This document shows, piece by piece, positions 37,327-46,782 of a DNA stretch of 64,000 nucleotides. The notes under the pieces were generated by a model. The model was given only the letters and a program-made list of their open reading frames with translations. It was not told where the DNA came from and did no database searches. Origin of the DNA: a virus. Both the position numbers and the translations under genes were made by a program. Location of the stretch: positions 1-64,000 of IMG/VR virus record IMGVR_UViG_3300045988_046952. One strand, given 5' to 3'. Position 1 is the stretch's first letter. Each line of letters opens with the position of its first letter.

Positions 37327-37394
37327 AAGAGGATGGGAGATTCGAACTCCCACTACTAGTTGTAACTAGCCTTCTACCATTAAACTAATCCTCT
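37327..37394 (-). ncRNA. truncated tRNA-like element (68 nt; anticodon arm replaced by 5-bp stem plus tetraloop)
   Basis: acceptor AGAGGAT/ATCCTCT, D-arm GTTT-AATGGTA-GAAG, CTAGT-TACA-ACTAG hairpin, T-arm GGGAG-TTCGAAT-CTCCC. Confidence 0.45.
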
Positions 37395-37404
37395 CTTGGC
37401 ATTA

Positions 37405-38028
37405 TTAACGCTTCACAGCTTCTTCAAAGTTCTTTACAATTTTCTCTGCCTTCTCACGGGAACAGTCAAGCACGTGCATAGTAAGATGAATGCGTTGTTC
37501 ACGCATCAAATCTTCTATGTCATCCTCGTTGTCCTTCTGTCTGTTCTTAAGAGCTTTTAATAGCTCTTCTGGCGTTTCAACACCTTCAACATCAGCACCG
37601 ATAGCCTTAGATACATCCTTCAGAAACTCAAACAGAGCTTTCTTGCCTTCTTCGACTTTAAATGTTGAGCCTTGTCTTTGGTCTCTCATTTTCATAAGAA
37701 TGTCAAAGATTTCACGGGCAGAAGCTTCGTCATCCTCATTCAGAGTGACAGCATGACGTTCATGAGGTTGAACACGAATAGATTCGTCTTTAACTTCCAT
37801 AACGAGCAAGTCTTCACCGTCACCACGAACAATGACGATTTCACGGTCTTTCCTTTCGTCATAACCGCCACCAACAGTGAAGTTCTTGTAAGGAACTTCT
37901 TTGCCTTCAGCGGCATCGAGCACATGCCCAAGAATAGTTTCAGCTTCTTCTACGATAGAATCATAGCATGGGTCTTTCTTTGGATTGAAATCAATACCAG
38001 CTTTCAGGCGTTCTTGTAATTTCTTCAT
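37405..38028 (-). CDS. acidic hypothetical protein (207 aa)
   Basis: ORF track; D/E-rich. Confidence 0.4.
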   Translation of the reverse strand: MKKLQERLKAGIDFNPKKDPCYDSIVEEAETILGHVLDAAEGKEVPYKNFTVGGGYDERKDREIVIVRGDGEDLLVMEVKDESIRVQPHERHAVTLNEDDEASAREIFDILMKMRDQRQGSTFKVEEGKKALFEFLKDVSKAIGADVEGVETPEELLKALKNRQKDNEDDIEDLMREQRIHLTMHVLDCSREKAEKIVKNFEEAVKR

Positions 38029-38069
38029 TTCCTTCTAAATTTAAAGAGTTTGATTTATTAATTATTTGA

Positions 38070-38231
38070 TTAATCTGGTAAGAACCAGACTCCTATGGCC
38101 GCAACAATACCTATAGCTCCGACTACATATGTAAAATCGCCAGCTGTAGGCAACATGATATTAATAATTACTAATGCTCCAATGGCAGAACTAATTATTA
38201 TATTGTCTTTCTTATTCTTAGTGAGTTTCAT
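38070..38231 (-). CDS. small membrane protein (53 aa)
   Basis: manual ORF MKLTKNKKDNIIISSAIGALVIINIML... Confidence 0.35.
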   Translation of the reverse strand: MKLTKNKKDNIIISSAIGALVIINIMLPTAGDFTYVVGAIGIVAAIGVWFLPD

Positions 38232-38340
38232 AATTACTAATATTGGTTAAGAGTGACTCCACCGTGACGTGCCAAATCATAGTGAAGTTTCGTCGTAATT
38301 TTCAACGACTCATCAGACTCTCTTTTAGACGGAAAGGAGA

Positions 38341-38583
38341 TTATGACATATAATTATCAATAGAATCTCCAGTTGCTGCCCTAATCTGTTCCCATGGAAT
38401 GTTCTCTTCTTCGCAAAGCTGTTTGGAGGATTGTATCCACTCCTTGGCGAAGTCTATAAAATCACCGCATTCTCTCTTAGCCATTACCATAGCTTCTTTG
38501 CAGCTATAAGCGATGATTCCGGGAAGAAGAGATTTGTCATTGTTAATTGCATGTTTAACTATAGGGCTGTTCTTTATATCCAT
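38341..38583 (-). CDS. hypothetical protein (80 aa)
   Basis: ORF track. Confidence 0.4.
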   Translation of the reverse strand: MDIKNSPIVKHAINNDKSLLPGIIAYSCKEAMVMAKRECGDFIDFAKEWIQSSKQLCEEENIPWEQIRAATGDSIDNYMS

Positions 38584-38593
38584 TGTTTAAAGG

Positions 38594-38827
38594 TTAGATT
38601 GTTGTTACACTGCTAATAATAGAATAATCAATAATAACTGAAAGCATGCCATTTAAATCAGATGTCTCATAGGGAACTTGATATTTGGCGATTTGTCTTT
38701 CGGCTTGCTGCATCATGGGCTGGTTAGTTCCAAACCCAAGAAGCAATTTACCTTCACGAGAAGTAATAGATTGATGATTGAGAGTACATGGTATTCTCTG
38801 TTTCCTAAATTGTATCTGCGATAACAT
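38594..38827 (-). CDS. hypothetical protein (77 aa)
   Basis: ORF track. Confidence 0.35.
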   Translation of the reverse strand: MLSQIQFRKQRIPCTLNHQSITSREGKLLLGFGTNQPMMQQAERQIAKYQVPYETSDLNGMLSVIIDYSIISSVTTI

Positions 38828-38829
38828 TG

Positions 38830-39174
38830 TTACTTAGTTAATAAGTTAGCAAATCCTTTCCAGAAGTAGCGAGGGAAGTGTCCAGTCAGTTGTACATAAT
38901 TAACTCCTGCTGACACCTTATGTCTAGCTGTAACCTTATGTCCGTCAATGGACATCGTGATTAAGCTGCCAGAAACTGTCACATCACTATCTGACATATC
39001 ATACAAATCTCCTAAGTCCTTAATAGGAATCCACTTAGATGTAGTTTCATCTTTGTAGCTATTAAGACGAGATTGTAGTTTGGCATCAGAAGGCTGGCCA
39101 GTTCTCATATCAATAACCTCACCCTCACAATCTGCAAGGATGAAGTTCTGTGTATAGTTAAAGTATAGTTTCAT
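38830..39174 (-). CDS. hypothetical protein (114 aa)
   Basis: ORF track. Confidence 0.4.
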   Translation of the reverse strand: MKLYFNYTQNFILADCEGEVIDMRTGQPSDAKLQSRLNSYKDETTSKWIPIKDLGDLYDMSDSDVTVSGSLITMSIDGHKVTARHKVSAGVNYVQLTGHFPRYFWKGFANLLTK

Positions 39175-39710
39175 GTGTACTGAACTTTATATCTTTTAGT
39201 TCTTCTAGTTTGTAGATTAATAACATCTACCGAATCAGTACCTGCCTTTACGTAAACCTTACCAGATATCTCTTTGATAAAGTCATTCTCTGATTTACCT
39301 TCAAAAGTTCCGATAAGGCATAGTGTTACTCCATTGACAAGTACTTTGGTAAATTTATCAACCTGTATAGGAGCCAAAGGTATTCCTTCTTCTCTTACAT
39401 GGTTAAATGCCTTAGTGTAGGCTCTATACCTCGCAAGACGATGTTCATAATTAGCACCTTTAGAGGGATAGCTGGCAAGTACTGAAGTATCCTTAATTAC
39501 CACATACTCTTTACCAGGCAATCCACCTTCATACCATGATTTAGATATTACTTTGATACCGGATTTTACTAATAACCATTTGTCTACAGCATCACATAAA
39601 CGCTCTTTACCACATGTCTGTAACAATATGGGTATTAAGTTACGTTTAAGCTCTCTGTATTCCTCTGCTAATTCATTAGTCATAGATAAGTTGGCAGTTA
39701 ACCTACTCAC
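39171..39710 (-). CDS. hypothetical protein (179 aa)
   Basis: ORF track. Confidence 0.4.
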   Translation of the reverse strand: MSRLTANLSMTNELAEEYRELKRNLIPILLQTCGKERLCDAVDKWLLVKSGIKVISKSWYEGGLPGKEYVVIKDTSVLASYPSKGANYEHRLARYRAYTKAFNHVREEGIPLAPIQVDKFTKVLVNGVTLCLIGTFEGKSENDFIKEISGKVYVKAGTDSVDVINLQTRRTKRYKVQYT

Positions 39711-39749
39711 TGCCAGGTTTTAAAATATGGAAATCTCACACTCCTTTGG

Positions 39750-40556
39750 TTACTTAAAGATTATTGCAGACATGATATTAACGCGGATGTTCTCTTTAGA
39801 AGAGATATATTTATTCCACAGGTCAGTCACAACCTTTTGTTTGTCCTGACCACGCACAGACAGCAAACGATTACGACCACTCGTATACAACGGAAGTGTG
39901 CTTGTAGATACTTTGTTCCAGAAGTCGTCAAGAGTATCTAATTTATGCTTCTTATCAAGAACAAGATAAGCTGTTACACCACCAATCATAGATGCATGGA
40001 GTAATCCTTTAGTGTACTTCTTGTACTTGAGTGCAAGTCCTGTAACCTCATCAAAGGTAGTTTCATGCTTTCTGTACATGTTCAACAAATCTTGACGAGT
40101 CAGACCAGTCCCTCTAAGTCTGTGAAGAGCGCCAGCATTAGCCAAACCTTTCAAGCCCTTGGTCAAAGCGTAATATTTAGCCACAATGGAAGCTTTCTGG
40201 GTAGGATTAGTAATGCCCATGATTCCAAACACATCACCTGCACTTCTTGTTTTACCAGTATCTATGGTAGTCCAAGTTTCGTGTTTAACACCTTCTATGA
40301 GCACAGTTTGAAATGGAACACCTGCCTGTATGCACGCTGCTAGACGATGATAGCCGTTATCAGTAAGACCTTTATCATTTATAATGATTGCCTCACCGTT
40401 CAAATGCCATTTACCTTCAGACATTTGAATAGCATACTTGTTGATATTGTCTCTAGAAATAGGCCGATTGTGCAAATACTTTGACAATAGTACTTCTGCA
40501 TCTTTCGGTGTGATTTCTACTACACTGAACTTGAGAGATGATTTTAATGTCTTCAT
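39750..40556 (-). CDS. ParB-like nuclease-domain protein (268 aa)
   Basis: N-terminal IIINDKGLTDNGYHRLAACIQAGVP resembles the ParB/Srx arginine-finger region. Confidence 0.45.
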   Translation of the reverse strand: MKTLKSSLKFSVVEITPKDAEVLLSKYLHNRPISRDNINKYAIQMSEGKWHLNGEAIIINDKGLTDNGYHRLAACIQAGVPFQTVLIEGVKHETWTTIDTGKTRSAGDVFGIMGITNPTQKASIVAKYYALTKGLKGLANAGALHRLRGTGLTRQDLLNMYRKHETTFDEVTGLALKYKKYTKGLLHASMIGGVTAYLVLDKKHKLDTLDDFWNKVSTSTLPLYTSGRNRLLSVRGQDKQKVVTDLWNKYISSKENIRVNIMSAIIFK

Positions 40557-40895
40557 AATTAATCTAATGAGTTACCTATACACTCACGAGGTTTTAGTGA
40601 AACGTTAATAAAGAACTAATTAGTTTCAGTCTATTGACTTACTTATAGCATCGCCACGTAAAGGCTTAGTCATGATGCCACTCCCGTCACGGGAGGATAT
40701 GCTGTAATAAAACGAACAAAAATATTATTACAAGTAAAGGAATCCACCTTCCTGTGCCACACTCCTTTGCCTTATCTCACGATAAGACATCTCTCCAGTA
40801 TTAAAGGAAGATACTGTTTGGTATAAGAGATGCTCTGCATTAGTCTCCGGGCGTACCCATTATGGTGGTAGATTATATTATTCCTACGAAAGTAA

Positions 40896-41195
40896 TCACG
40901 CAATAGTTTTACATTTACTCACCTTTAAGATGAGTTCTTGGTCTTCAGGGTCTTTCTCTAACTGACGTTCTAATCCTTTCATGTAATTGGAACGTTCGTA
41001 GCCAGTAAGACTGAATCCTTGCCAGTTCTCCAGACACCATGCTACATAGAATGGATTGAAGTAACAGACGTCTTTCACTTTCTGATTCTTATATTTGCCA
41101 ACATTGAAGAATCTCCACGAGCTCATTCCTATAGCTGTGGTATATCTATTGTCAACTCTGCGATAATCATCGTATTTACTCATAACTATGTACAC
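40896..41195 (-). CDS. hypothetical protein (99 aa)
   Basis: ORF track. Confidence 0.4.
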   Translation of the reverse strand: MYIVMSKYDDYRRVDNRYTTAIGMSSWRFFNVGKYKNQKVKDVCYFNPFYVAWCLENWQGFSLTGYERSNYMKGLERQLEKDPEDQELILKVSKCKTIA

Positions 41196-41463
41196 TTTAC
41201 CTATTCAGTGTGAGGTTTTTGATTAGTGGCTCTTTGTACGCATTACTTGGCAGAGGAGCCATACCAAAACCCACAAACAATGCAGGACGCTGTTTAAAAC
41301 TTAAAGATTAACTTAAATTAAAACTAAAACAATCATAGTGGACCCCTGCTTTAACGCGTGAAACAGGAACGTCTTAATTTGGGCAATACATGCATTATGT
41401 CCATTTTGCATGTAAAGGATTCTAAGCATTTGCAACTACTTAGAAGAGCTAAACCCTGTGATG

Positions 41464-41781
41464 TTATCGGTGTGAGGAATAGATGTCTATAATCTCTTTG
41501 TAAAAGTCTCTACGACCTACGAGATAGTCATCTCCCCAATACTCTACTACCTTCTTAAGACCTTCAATTACTTGGTACATAGTAGCGCCATTACTAAAGC
41601 ATGTCAATAGCTCTAGATGTCCATGTATGTCCTCTTTACACAAATGCATCCATTCGTTGCCAATTGGATTGTAAATGCATAATATGCTGTTAGTCAAAGG
41701 TCTAGCCGGACGTAGTTTAATTCCGCTTGGATGAATGTATTCGAATACCATAAATGTGCACATGGTTAACCTGTACACCAT
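41464..41781 (-). CDS. hypothetical protein (105 aa)
   Basis: ORF track. Confidence 0.4.
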   Translation of the reverse strand: MVYRLTMCTFMVFEYIHPSGIKLRPARPLTNSILCIYNPIGNEWMHLCKEDIHGHLELLTCFSNGATMYQVIEGLKKVVEYWGDDYLVGRRDFYKEIIDIYSSHR

Positions 41782-41798
41782 GAGGTTTTAATTGTTAT

Positions 41799-42053
41799 TT
41801 ACTTCCAGATAAGTTTAGAGCCTTTGGAACATGCTGCATAAGATTCATCATTAAGTACTACATATAATAAATCAAAGTCGTCTTTGCTTTCATTAAATGC
41901 ATCTTCAATGTCCTTCTTATTGTCAGCTTCCTTGACTATTGTCTCTCCGTCTGGGTCAAAGTTCTCTCCTATTAAGGTATACCAAGTGCTTGGTGATTTC
42001 TCACAAATTGCATCAATCAGAGCATCTGTGAAATCATTTTCTATGTAGTCCAT
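41799..42053 (-). CDS. small highly acidic protein (84 aa)
   Basis: ORF track; D/E-rich, early-gene position. Confidence 0.4.
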   Translation of the reverse strand: MDYIENDFTDALIDAICEKSPSTWYTLIGENFDPDGETIVKEADNKKDIEDAFNESKDDFDLLYVVLNDESYAACSKGSKLIWK

Positions 42054-42145
42054 AAATATATATTATTATTGTCAACTCGAATAAAAGGTGAGTATGTATA
42101 TCTATCACAGACCTACATACTCTTAATAATATTCATTTTACACAT

Positions 42146-42343
42146 TCAAACGGTCTGAACTACGTACTTTAGTACTTTATATCTCGTCCCACTCCAAGTG
42201 GAGATTTGTTCAAGCAAATAATAGCCTACTGCTTCCTCAAATAGAGGATTTGTCAGTTTATATCTTATACCATTATTTGCATGAATTGCATCGTTCCGAT
42301 TACGTCCAAATACAGTTCTTAGTTTTGATTTCTTCGCTTTCAT
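42146..42343 (-). CDS. hypothetical protein (65 aa)
   Basis: ORF track. Confidence 0.35.
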   Translation of the reverse strand: MKAKKSKLRTVFGRNRNDAIHANNGIRYKLTNPLFEEAVGYYLLEQISTWSGTRYKVLKYVVQTV

Positions 42344-42450
42344 TTCACTATTCGGCTAACTACATACTAATAAATATATCTGAATAAGCATGATAAAAAG
42401 AAAGACACAAATAGACTTTCTAAATGTGCCTTTCAATAAGAAGTACTTTG

Positions 42451-42933
42451 TTATTCTTTGCAGTAAGCAATAACATTGACGTTCATTTGTGAGCCGTCTC
42501 TAGCGACGCTTTCAAACGTTTCAATAGCCTTTGCGGTTACCTCTGTGCCCTGTAAATCTGCAAGACATTCCGCTATTGTCTTATTTTCAAACATATTGAA
42601 AATACATTTATCTTTGTCCGCCTCTGGGAGAATGTCAACCGGTGTAATACGTTTGTTGTTCTCTCTGTCGTTGAAAGACCGGAATAAAGAGTTTATAGAT
42701 ACGTTTCTTGCCACTCCATTGACCTCAACGGCAACTTGAAAGAACGTATTACCATTTACAACGCCCTTTGTAATAGTTCCGTTGAACTCGTTAATTTCAG
42801 CGGGAAATTTCAATTTGTCGCCTACCTTGATAGAATCAGGATTAACACCCAAACGGTTTAAAGCCGCCGCAATTTCGTTTTTGCTTGCTTTCGGTAACTT
42901 CTTGTTAACTTCTTGTAATTCTGCTAAATTCAT
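42451..42933 (-). CDS. hypothetical protein (160 aa), first gene of leftward arm
   Basis: ORF track. Confidence 0.45.
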   Translation of the reverse strand: MNLAELQEVNKKLPKASKNEIAAALNRLGVNPDSIKVGDKLKFPAEINEFNGTITKGVVNGNTFFQVAVEVNGVARNVSINSLFRSFNDRENNKRITPVDILPEADKDKCIFNMFENKTIAECLADLQGTEVTAKAIETFESVARDGSQMNVNVIAYCKE

Positions 42934-43165
42934 AGTTTAATAATTTATTAGTGAAACAATATAGAACGAGCTTATTTGCTCGTTCTGATTAGCTTTTAAA
43001 TTAGATTTGCTTTAATTTCTTCACATTCTTCGCGTGTGATAATGCAACGTGTAGCATTAACTAAAACATAACCGTTTGATAAGTAAGTAAACATAACTAA
43101 TAATTTTAAAATGAATATTATAAAGCAAAATCAAATGATATAAATCTTTTGATTTTCTCCAAACA

Positions 43166-43455
43166 TGGGTGAGGGGTGTGAGGGGTAACACGACTGTCGT
43201 ATCCGCAATATACACAAATCTTGCAATATTCACCCAGCATCCGAGTTGGCAATATATAATATGACAACCCACCCCGGGAGTGGGAGGGGTGTGATTTTGA
43301 GCACCCGTACTTGTGAGTTGGCAATATATATTAATTTCTATTCATCTTACTAATTGCAAGCAAGCCCTGAAGGGGCGCAGATTGCCACAGTGCGTTATAG
43401 AGTTCCGAGTTGGCAATATACTTAATATTAACTGTGAATTTGAGTTGGCAATATA
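43166..43455. promoter_or_regulatory. divergent control region: four direct repeats GAGTTGGCAATATA (43243, 43315, 43407, 43442) plus two GAGGGGTGTGA copies (43171, 43284), then an AT-rich tract to 43560
   Basis: read directly; lies between the divergently transcribed arms. Confidence 0.6.
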
Positions 43456-43587
43456 TAATATATATTAATAATTATATTACCATTTGGTAATATTGAAATA
43501 TATAACTAATTTTGTATTGTCAAATTAAATAGTAATATATTTGCGAACTTAAATCGCAGAATTTAATAACAATTAAAATTTATAACA

Positions 43588-43842
43588 ATGGCCAAAGAAG
43601 TTAAAGACTTAACAAGTAAAGAAGTAGATGAAGTAAAAATATTAAAGACTAGTTTGTCAGAATGTCCAGTAAATACTGATTTAGGATGTAATGAATCAAA
43701 GGCAACTAACTGGGTGAAGTTAGACAATAAAACAACAGATGTAAAATTAGAATTATTAAATAAATTGCAAGACGGACTAGCTAATGGAGCTGGTATTGAA
43801 TATTTAATGCAACTATCTTGCATTTATAATAACATTCGCTAA
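43588..43842 (+). CDS. hypothetical protein (84 aa)
   Basis: ORF track; first gene of rightward arm. Confidence 0.45.
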   Translation: MAKEVKDLTSKEVDEVKILKTSLSECPVNTDLGCNESKATNWVKLDNKTTDVKLELLNKLQDGLANGAGIEYLMQLSCIYNNIR

Positions 43843-43844
43843 TA

Positions 43845-44219
43845 ATGAGACATATTGATAGAATTAATAAGCAGTATGAAGAGAAGGAAGTTAAATTGCT
43901 ATACGATAAAGCTGTAGCATTAATGAATCTTCTTAGTGATGAGGAATATGAACAAGTAATTACAGACAATGCAGATATATTTAAATTAGCATCTCATCCC
44001 GAGAAGGGTGAGTTCTATTTGCAAGATAAGCACAACTTAGTCCAGATTATAGACATATTTAGTAAATTTATCAAAACTAAAGGTCTATCTAAGGATGAAT
44101 TTAAAATAATGACTCTAGATGAAGTTAAAGAGTATATGGTTGATGTTATTAATGATATCACATCATTCGAACCAGATGAGCTATTCACGATAGTAAAGAA
44201 CTTAGAGAAACTTCAATGA
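43845..44219 (+). CDS. hypothetical protein (124 aa)
   Basis: ORF track. Confidence 0.45.
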   Translation: MRHIDRINKQYEEKEVKLLYDKAVALMNLLSDEEYEQVITDNADIFKLASHPEKGEFYLQDKHNLVQIIDIFSKFIKTKGLSKDEFKIMTLDEVKEYMVDVINDITSFEPDELFTIVKNLEKLQ

Positions 44220-44527
44220 AACTAGAACAGATACCAGGTGATTATGATAATGTAGACCAGAGAGCTCTAGAATTATTAAAGACTAATGACTATGAATTAG
44301 CAGAGTATATGAGGGATTATATAAAGGAATTATATGCTAACATACATATGAGAGACTTCTATATTAGAAACCTTAAGGATGAAATACTTCATACACTCAA
44401 ACATAGAGACTCTATAAGTGGTGAGGAGCTACTACAAATACTAAATAAGGTAGCTCCATGGGATATGGAATATGATGGCAGATGGCAAACTAGAGACTAT
44501 TTAGCAAGAGCAAAGGCTAATCAATGA
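44216..44527 (+). CDS. hypothetical protein (103 aa)
   Basis: ORF track; ATGA overlap. Confidence 0.45.
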   Translation: MKLEQIPGDYDNVDQRALELLKTNDYELAEYMRDYIKELYANIHMRDFYIRNLKDEILHTLKHRDSISGEELLQILNKVAPWDMEYDGRWQTRDYLARAKANQ

Positions 44528-44597
44528 TAACACAAGAAGTAGAATTAGTAGAAGAAGCATTATATAGGAATGCGTACATATATCCAGGCTGGAAGTA

Positions 44598-44867
44598 TTG
44601 CCTACCTGGATTACTAAAGACAATATATTTATGACAGGAGAAGAAATTATAGTAACATTTAAAGAGCCTTGGTATAATGATTATACCAGACGATTATACA
44701 CTCAATTATCTGAACAAATGATTAGAGAAGAGATTGAGAGAGTGCATAAAGAACCAATCATTACTAATACTGCATTTGATATAGCAGTAGACAAGGCTTT
44801 CTTAGAGTTACTGCATGACAACAAGGATTTAATTAATATTACAGAACGATACAAGAACCATGAGTAA
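44598..44867 (+). CDS. hypothetical protein (89 aa)
   Basis: ORF track. Confidence 0.45.
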   Translation: MPTWITKDNIFMTGEEIIVTFKEPWYNDYTRRLYTQLSEQMIREEIERVHKEPIITNTAFDIAVDKAFLELLHDNKDLINITERYKNHE

Positions 44868-44897
44868 AATAGCAACAGAATTAGAAGCTAAGACTAT

Positions 44898-44906
44898 GGG
44901 GGGGGG
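44898..44906 (+). repeat. G9 tract immediately after an ATG (AAG ACT ATG G9), at a frame junction
   Basis: read directly. Confidence 0.8.
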
Positions 44907-45074
44907 ACTCTCTCGGTAATTGATAATAAGTGCTGTACTAAAGCTAGAGCACTTGAATTAGGATGTCAGATTAAAAGTGGATTTAGTTATACTGATAATC
45001 AGTTAGTAGAGTTAGAAGGCATAGAGGCAGCTATAACTGCTCCAAATGTAATCCTTCATTATGGTTGGCAGGAT

Positions 45075-45506
45075 ATGCCAATTAATAATATACAGCGATT
45101 TAGAGTACGTTTCTCATTTGTTAATCAGAGTTCGGTGGATGGAGACCCATTTAAGTATTCTGATAATGCTACTTACTTTACAATTACTCCAAGATTAGAG
45201 CAAGGAGAACAAACGTACACTAAGACTTTAGCAAACCCTCTTAAATATTACTTAGAGAAACTAGCACTTCCTAACCAAGACCCATATAATACACCTGTTT
45301 GGATACGTTTTGAGGGATACATGATGCTTAGGCAAGTGTCTCAAATTATATTAGCAGTAGATTCTCAATCTGAGAATTGGGCAGAAGGAGTAACATTCCC
45401 TTCATCTGGAAGGTGGGTCAAAATGAATAATTCTGGTAGAGTATTTAGATTTACTGGTGGGGAAACAGACCTAAACATAGAACTGTATACAGCGTCAGCG
45501 CAATGA
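45075..45506 (+). CDS. hypothetical protein (143 aa as annotated; frame open upstream to 44892 and likely fused to the ATG at 44860 via the G9 tract)
   Basis: ORF track plus manual frame analysis. Confidence 0.45.
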   Translation: MPINNIQRFRVRFSFVNQSSVDGDPFKYSDNATYFTITPRLEQGEQTYTKTLANPLKYYLEKLALPNQDPYNTPVWIRFEGYMMLRQVSQIILAVDSQSENWAEGVTFPSSGRWVKMNNSGRVFRFTGGETDLNIELYTASAQ

Positions 45507-45700
45507 TTAAAGTAACCGATAATAAAGAAGTAAAGGAAACAGTCCTAGCAGGACTTAAAAGGAATAAAGAGAAGTATGGTAAGAAGTACTGTCCATGCTC
45601 CTTAGTAAGAGATGAAGATACAGTATGTATGTGTAAAGAGTTTAGGGAAATGGAAGAAGGGACTTGCCATTGCCAACTTTATGTTAAAACTAAAGACTAA
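45503..45700 (+). CDS. small CPC...CMC...CHC cysteine-motif protein (65 aa)
   Basis: CPCx9CMCx10CHC reminiscent of ferredoxin-thioredoxin-reductase catalytic motif. Confidence 0.4.
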   Translation: MIKVTDNKEVKETVLAGLKRNKEKYGKKYCPCSLVRDEDTVCMCKEFREMEEGTCHCQLYVKTKD

Positions 45701-45866
45701 TAATTATGGATGAATTAAAGAACCAATTAGCACAGTATTTATGTAGCCAAATTCATAATGGTACTAAAGATTTGATTGAATTAATTGAATCAGAAGACCT
45801 TATTAATGAACAGTGGTATAAGAACTGGAAGGAAGAGATGAGAATCTTACTACAGGAGAAGTAATT

Positions 45867-46106
45867 ATGATAATACTTAGTGGGAATTGTCCTAGGCATC
45901 ATAATGCCATTATGTTGGAACTTACAGACTTTGATGATAGTAAAATTTCCTATCTAGCTAGAATATCTAGAGGACATCATGTCGATACTCTGTTAGTTCC
46001 TAGAGAATATAAAGATACATTTGAATCTACAGAACTGCACAAAGTACTACTGCCTAATATTAGTATAGGTGATGTACAATTTGCTAAAATATACTATTAT
46101 GATTGA
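45867..46106 (+). CDS. hypothetical protein (79 aa)
   Basis: ORF track. Confidence 0.4.
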   Translation: MIILSGNCPRHHNAIMLELTDFDDSKISYLARISRGHHVDTLLVPREYKDTFESTELHKVLLPNISIGDVQFAKIYYYD

Positions 46107-46329
46107 TGTTAGAAGGACATTAGAGAATTTACATCAGATACTTCCAAACTTATCAATAGAGGACTTATTTAGAGTTCTTGATAACATAGTAGAGATTCCA
46201 CAATTTAACGTAGGACAGACAACTACTATACGTAGAGATGATAGTGGCTGGAGACCATATGACACAGGTACATTTATATCTTATGCTAGTAATGGAATAA
46301 CACTTAGTGATGAAGGAACTTGTAAATAA
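46069..46329 (+). CDS. hypothetical protein (86 aa)
   Basis: ORF track. Confidence 0.4.
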   Translation: MMYNLLKYTIMIDVRRTLENLHQILPNLSIEDLFRVLDNIVEIPQFNVGQTTTIRRDDSGWRPYDTGTFISYASNGITLSDEGTCK

Positions 46330-46516
46330 TTGGAATGAGAAGCATCCCGAATACGTATTGGTACACGGGATGTATTCTTATGTAGACAACGGTCAGTCTA
46401 AGGATATGCACATGCTTACTATCTTTAATAAGGATAATGAATGTGTATGTGAATATAAAGGAGAAGATTTTATTAAACTATATAATACATTAGAAGAAGA
46501 ATGGCAGGACGCTTAA
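46307..46516 (+). CDS. hypothetical protein (69 aa)
   Basis: ORF track. Confidence 0.4.
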   Translation: MMKELVNNWNEKHPEYVLVHGMYSYVDNGQSKDMHMLTIFNKDNECVCEYKGEDFIKLYNTLEEEWQDA

Positions 46517-46782
46517 TTGAAGTAGGAGAACCTATGTGGGTTCATTGGGATGATAGATACGTATTGCGTGGAGGACATATACTAGGAAAATGCCCAGATG
46601 AGAATTTGATACCAGCCAGTAGATGCTAGGCACAAAGCCTAAGATAGTTTTTTACATCTTCGTCTTGGTGGTCTACGCCAGTGTGCTCTGATGTATTCTC
46701 ACTTACCGAGACAGAATCTTATTATAAACAACAAAGCCCGAACTTAGTTTAATTACTAGGCTCGGGCTTGTTCTATTAGAAA

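Noticed and set aside
43243-43455. Possible CRISPR array from the repeated GAGTTGGCAATATA units
   Set aside because: Only four 14-bp repeats with irregular 35-92 bp spacing, no spacer-like uniformity and no cas genes; better explained as promoter or iteron repeats
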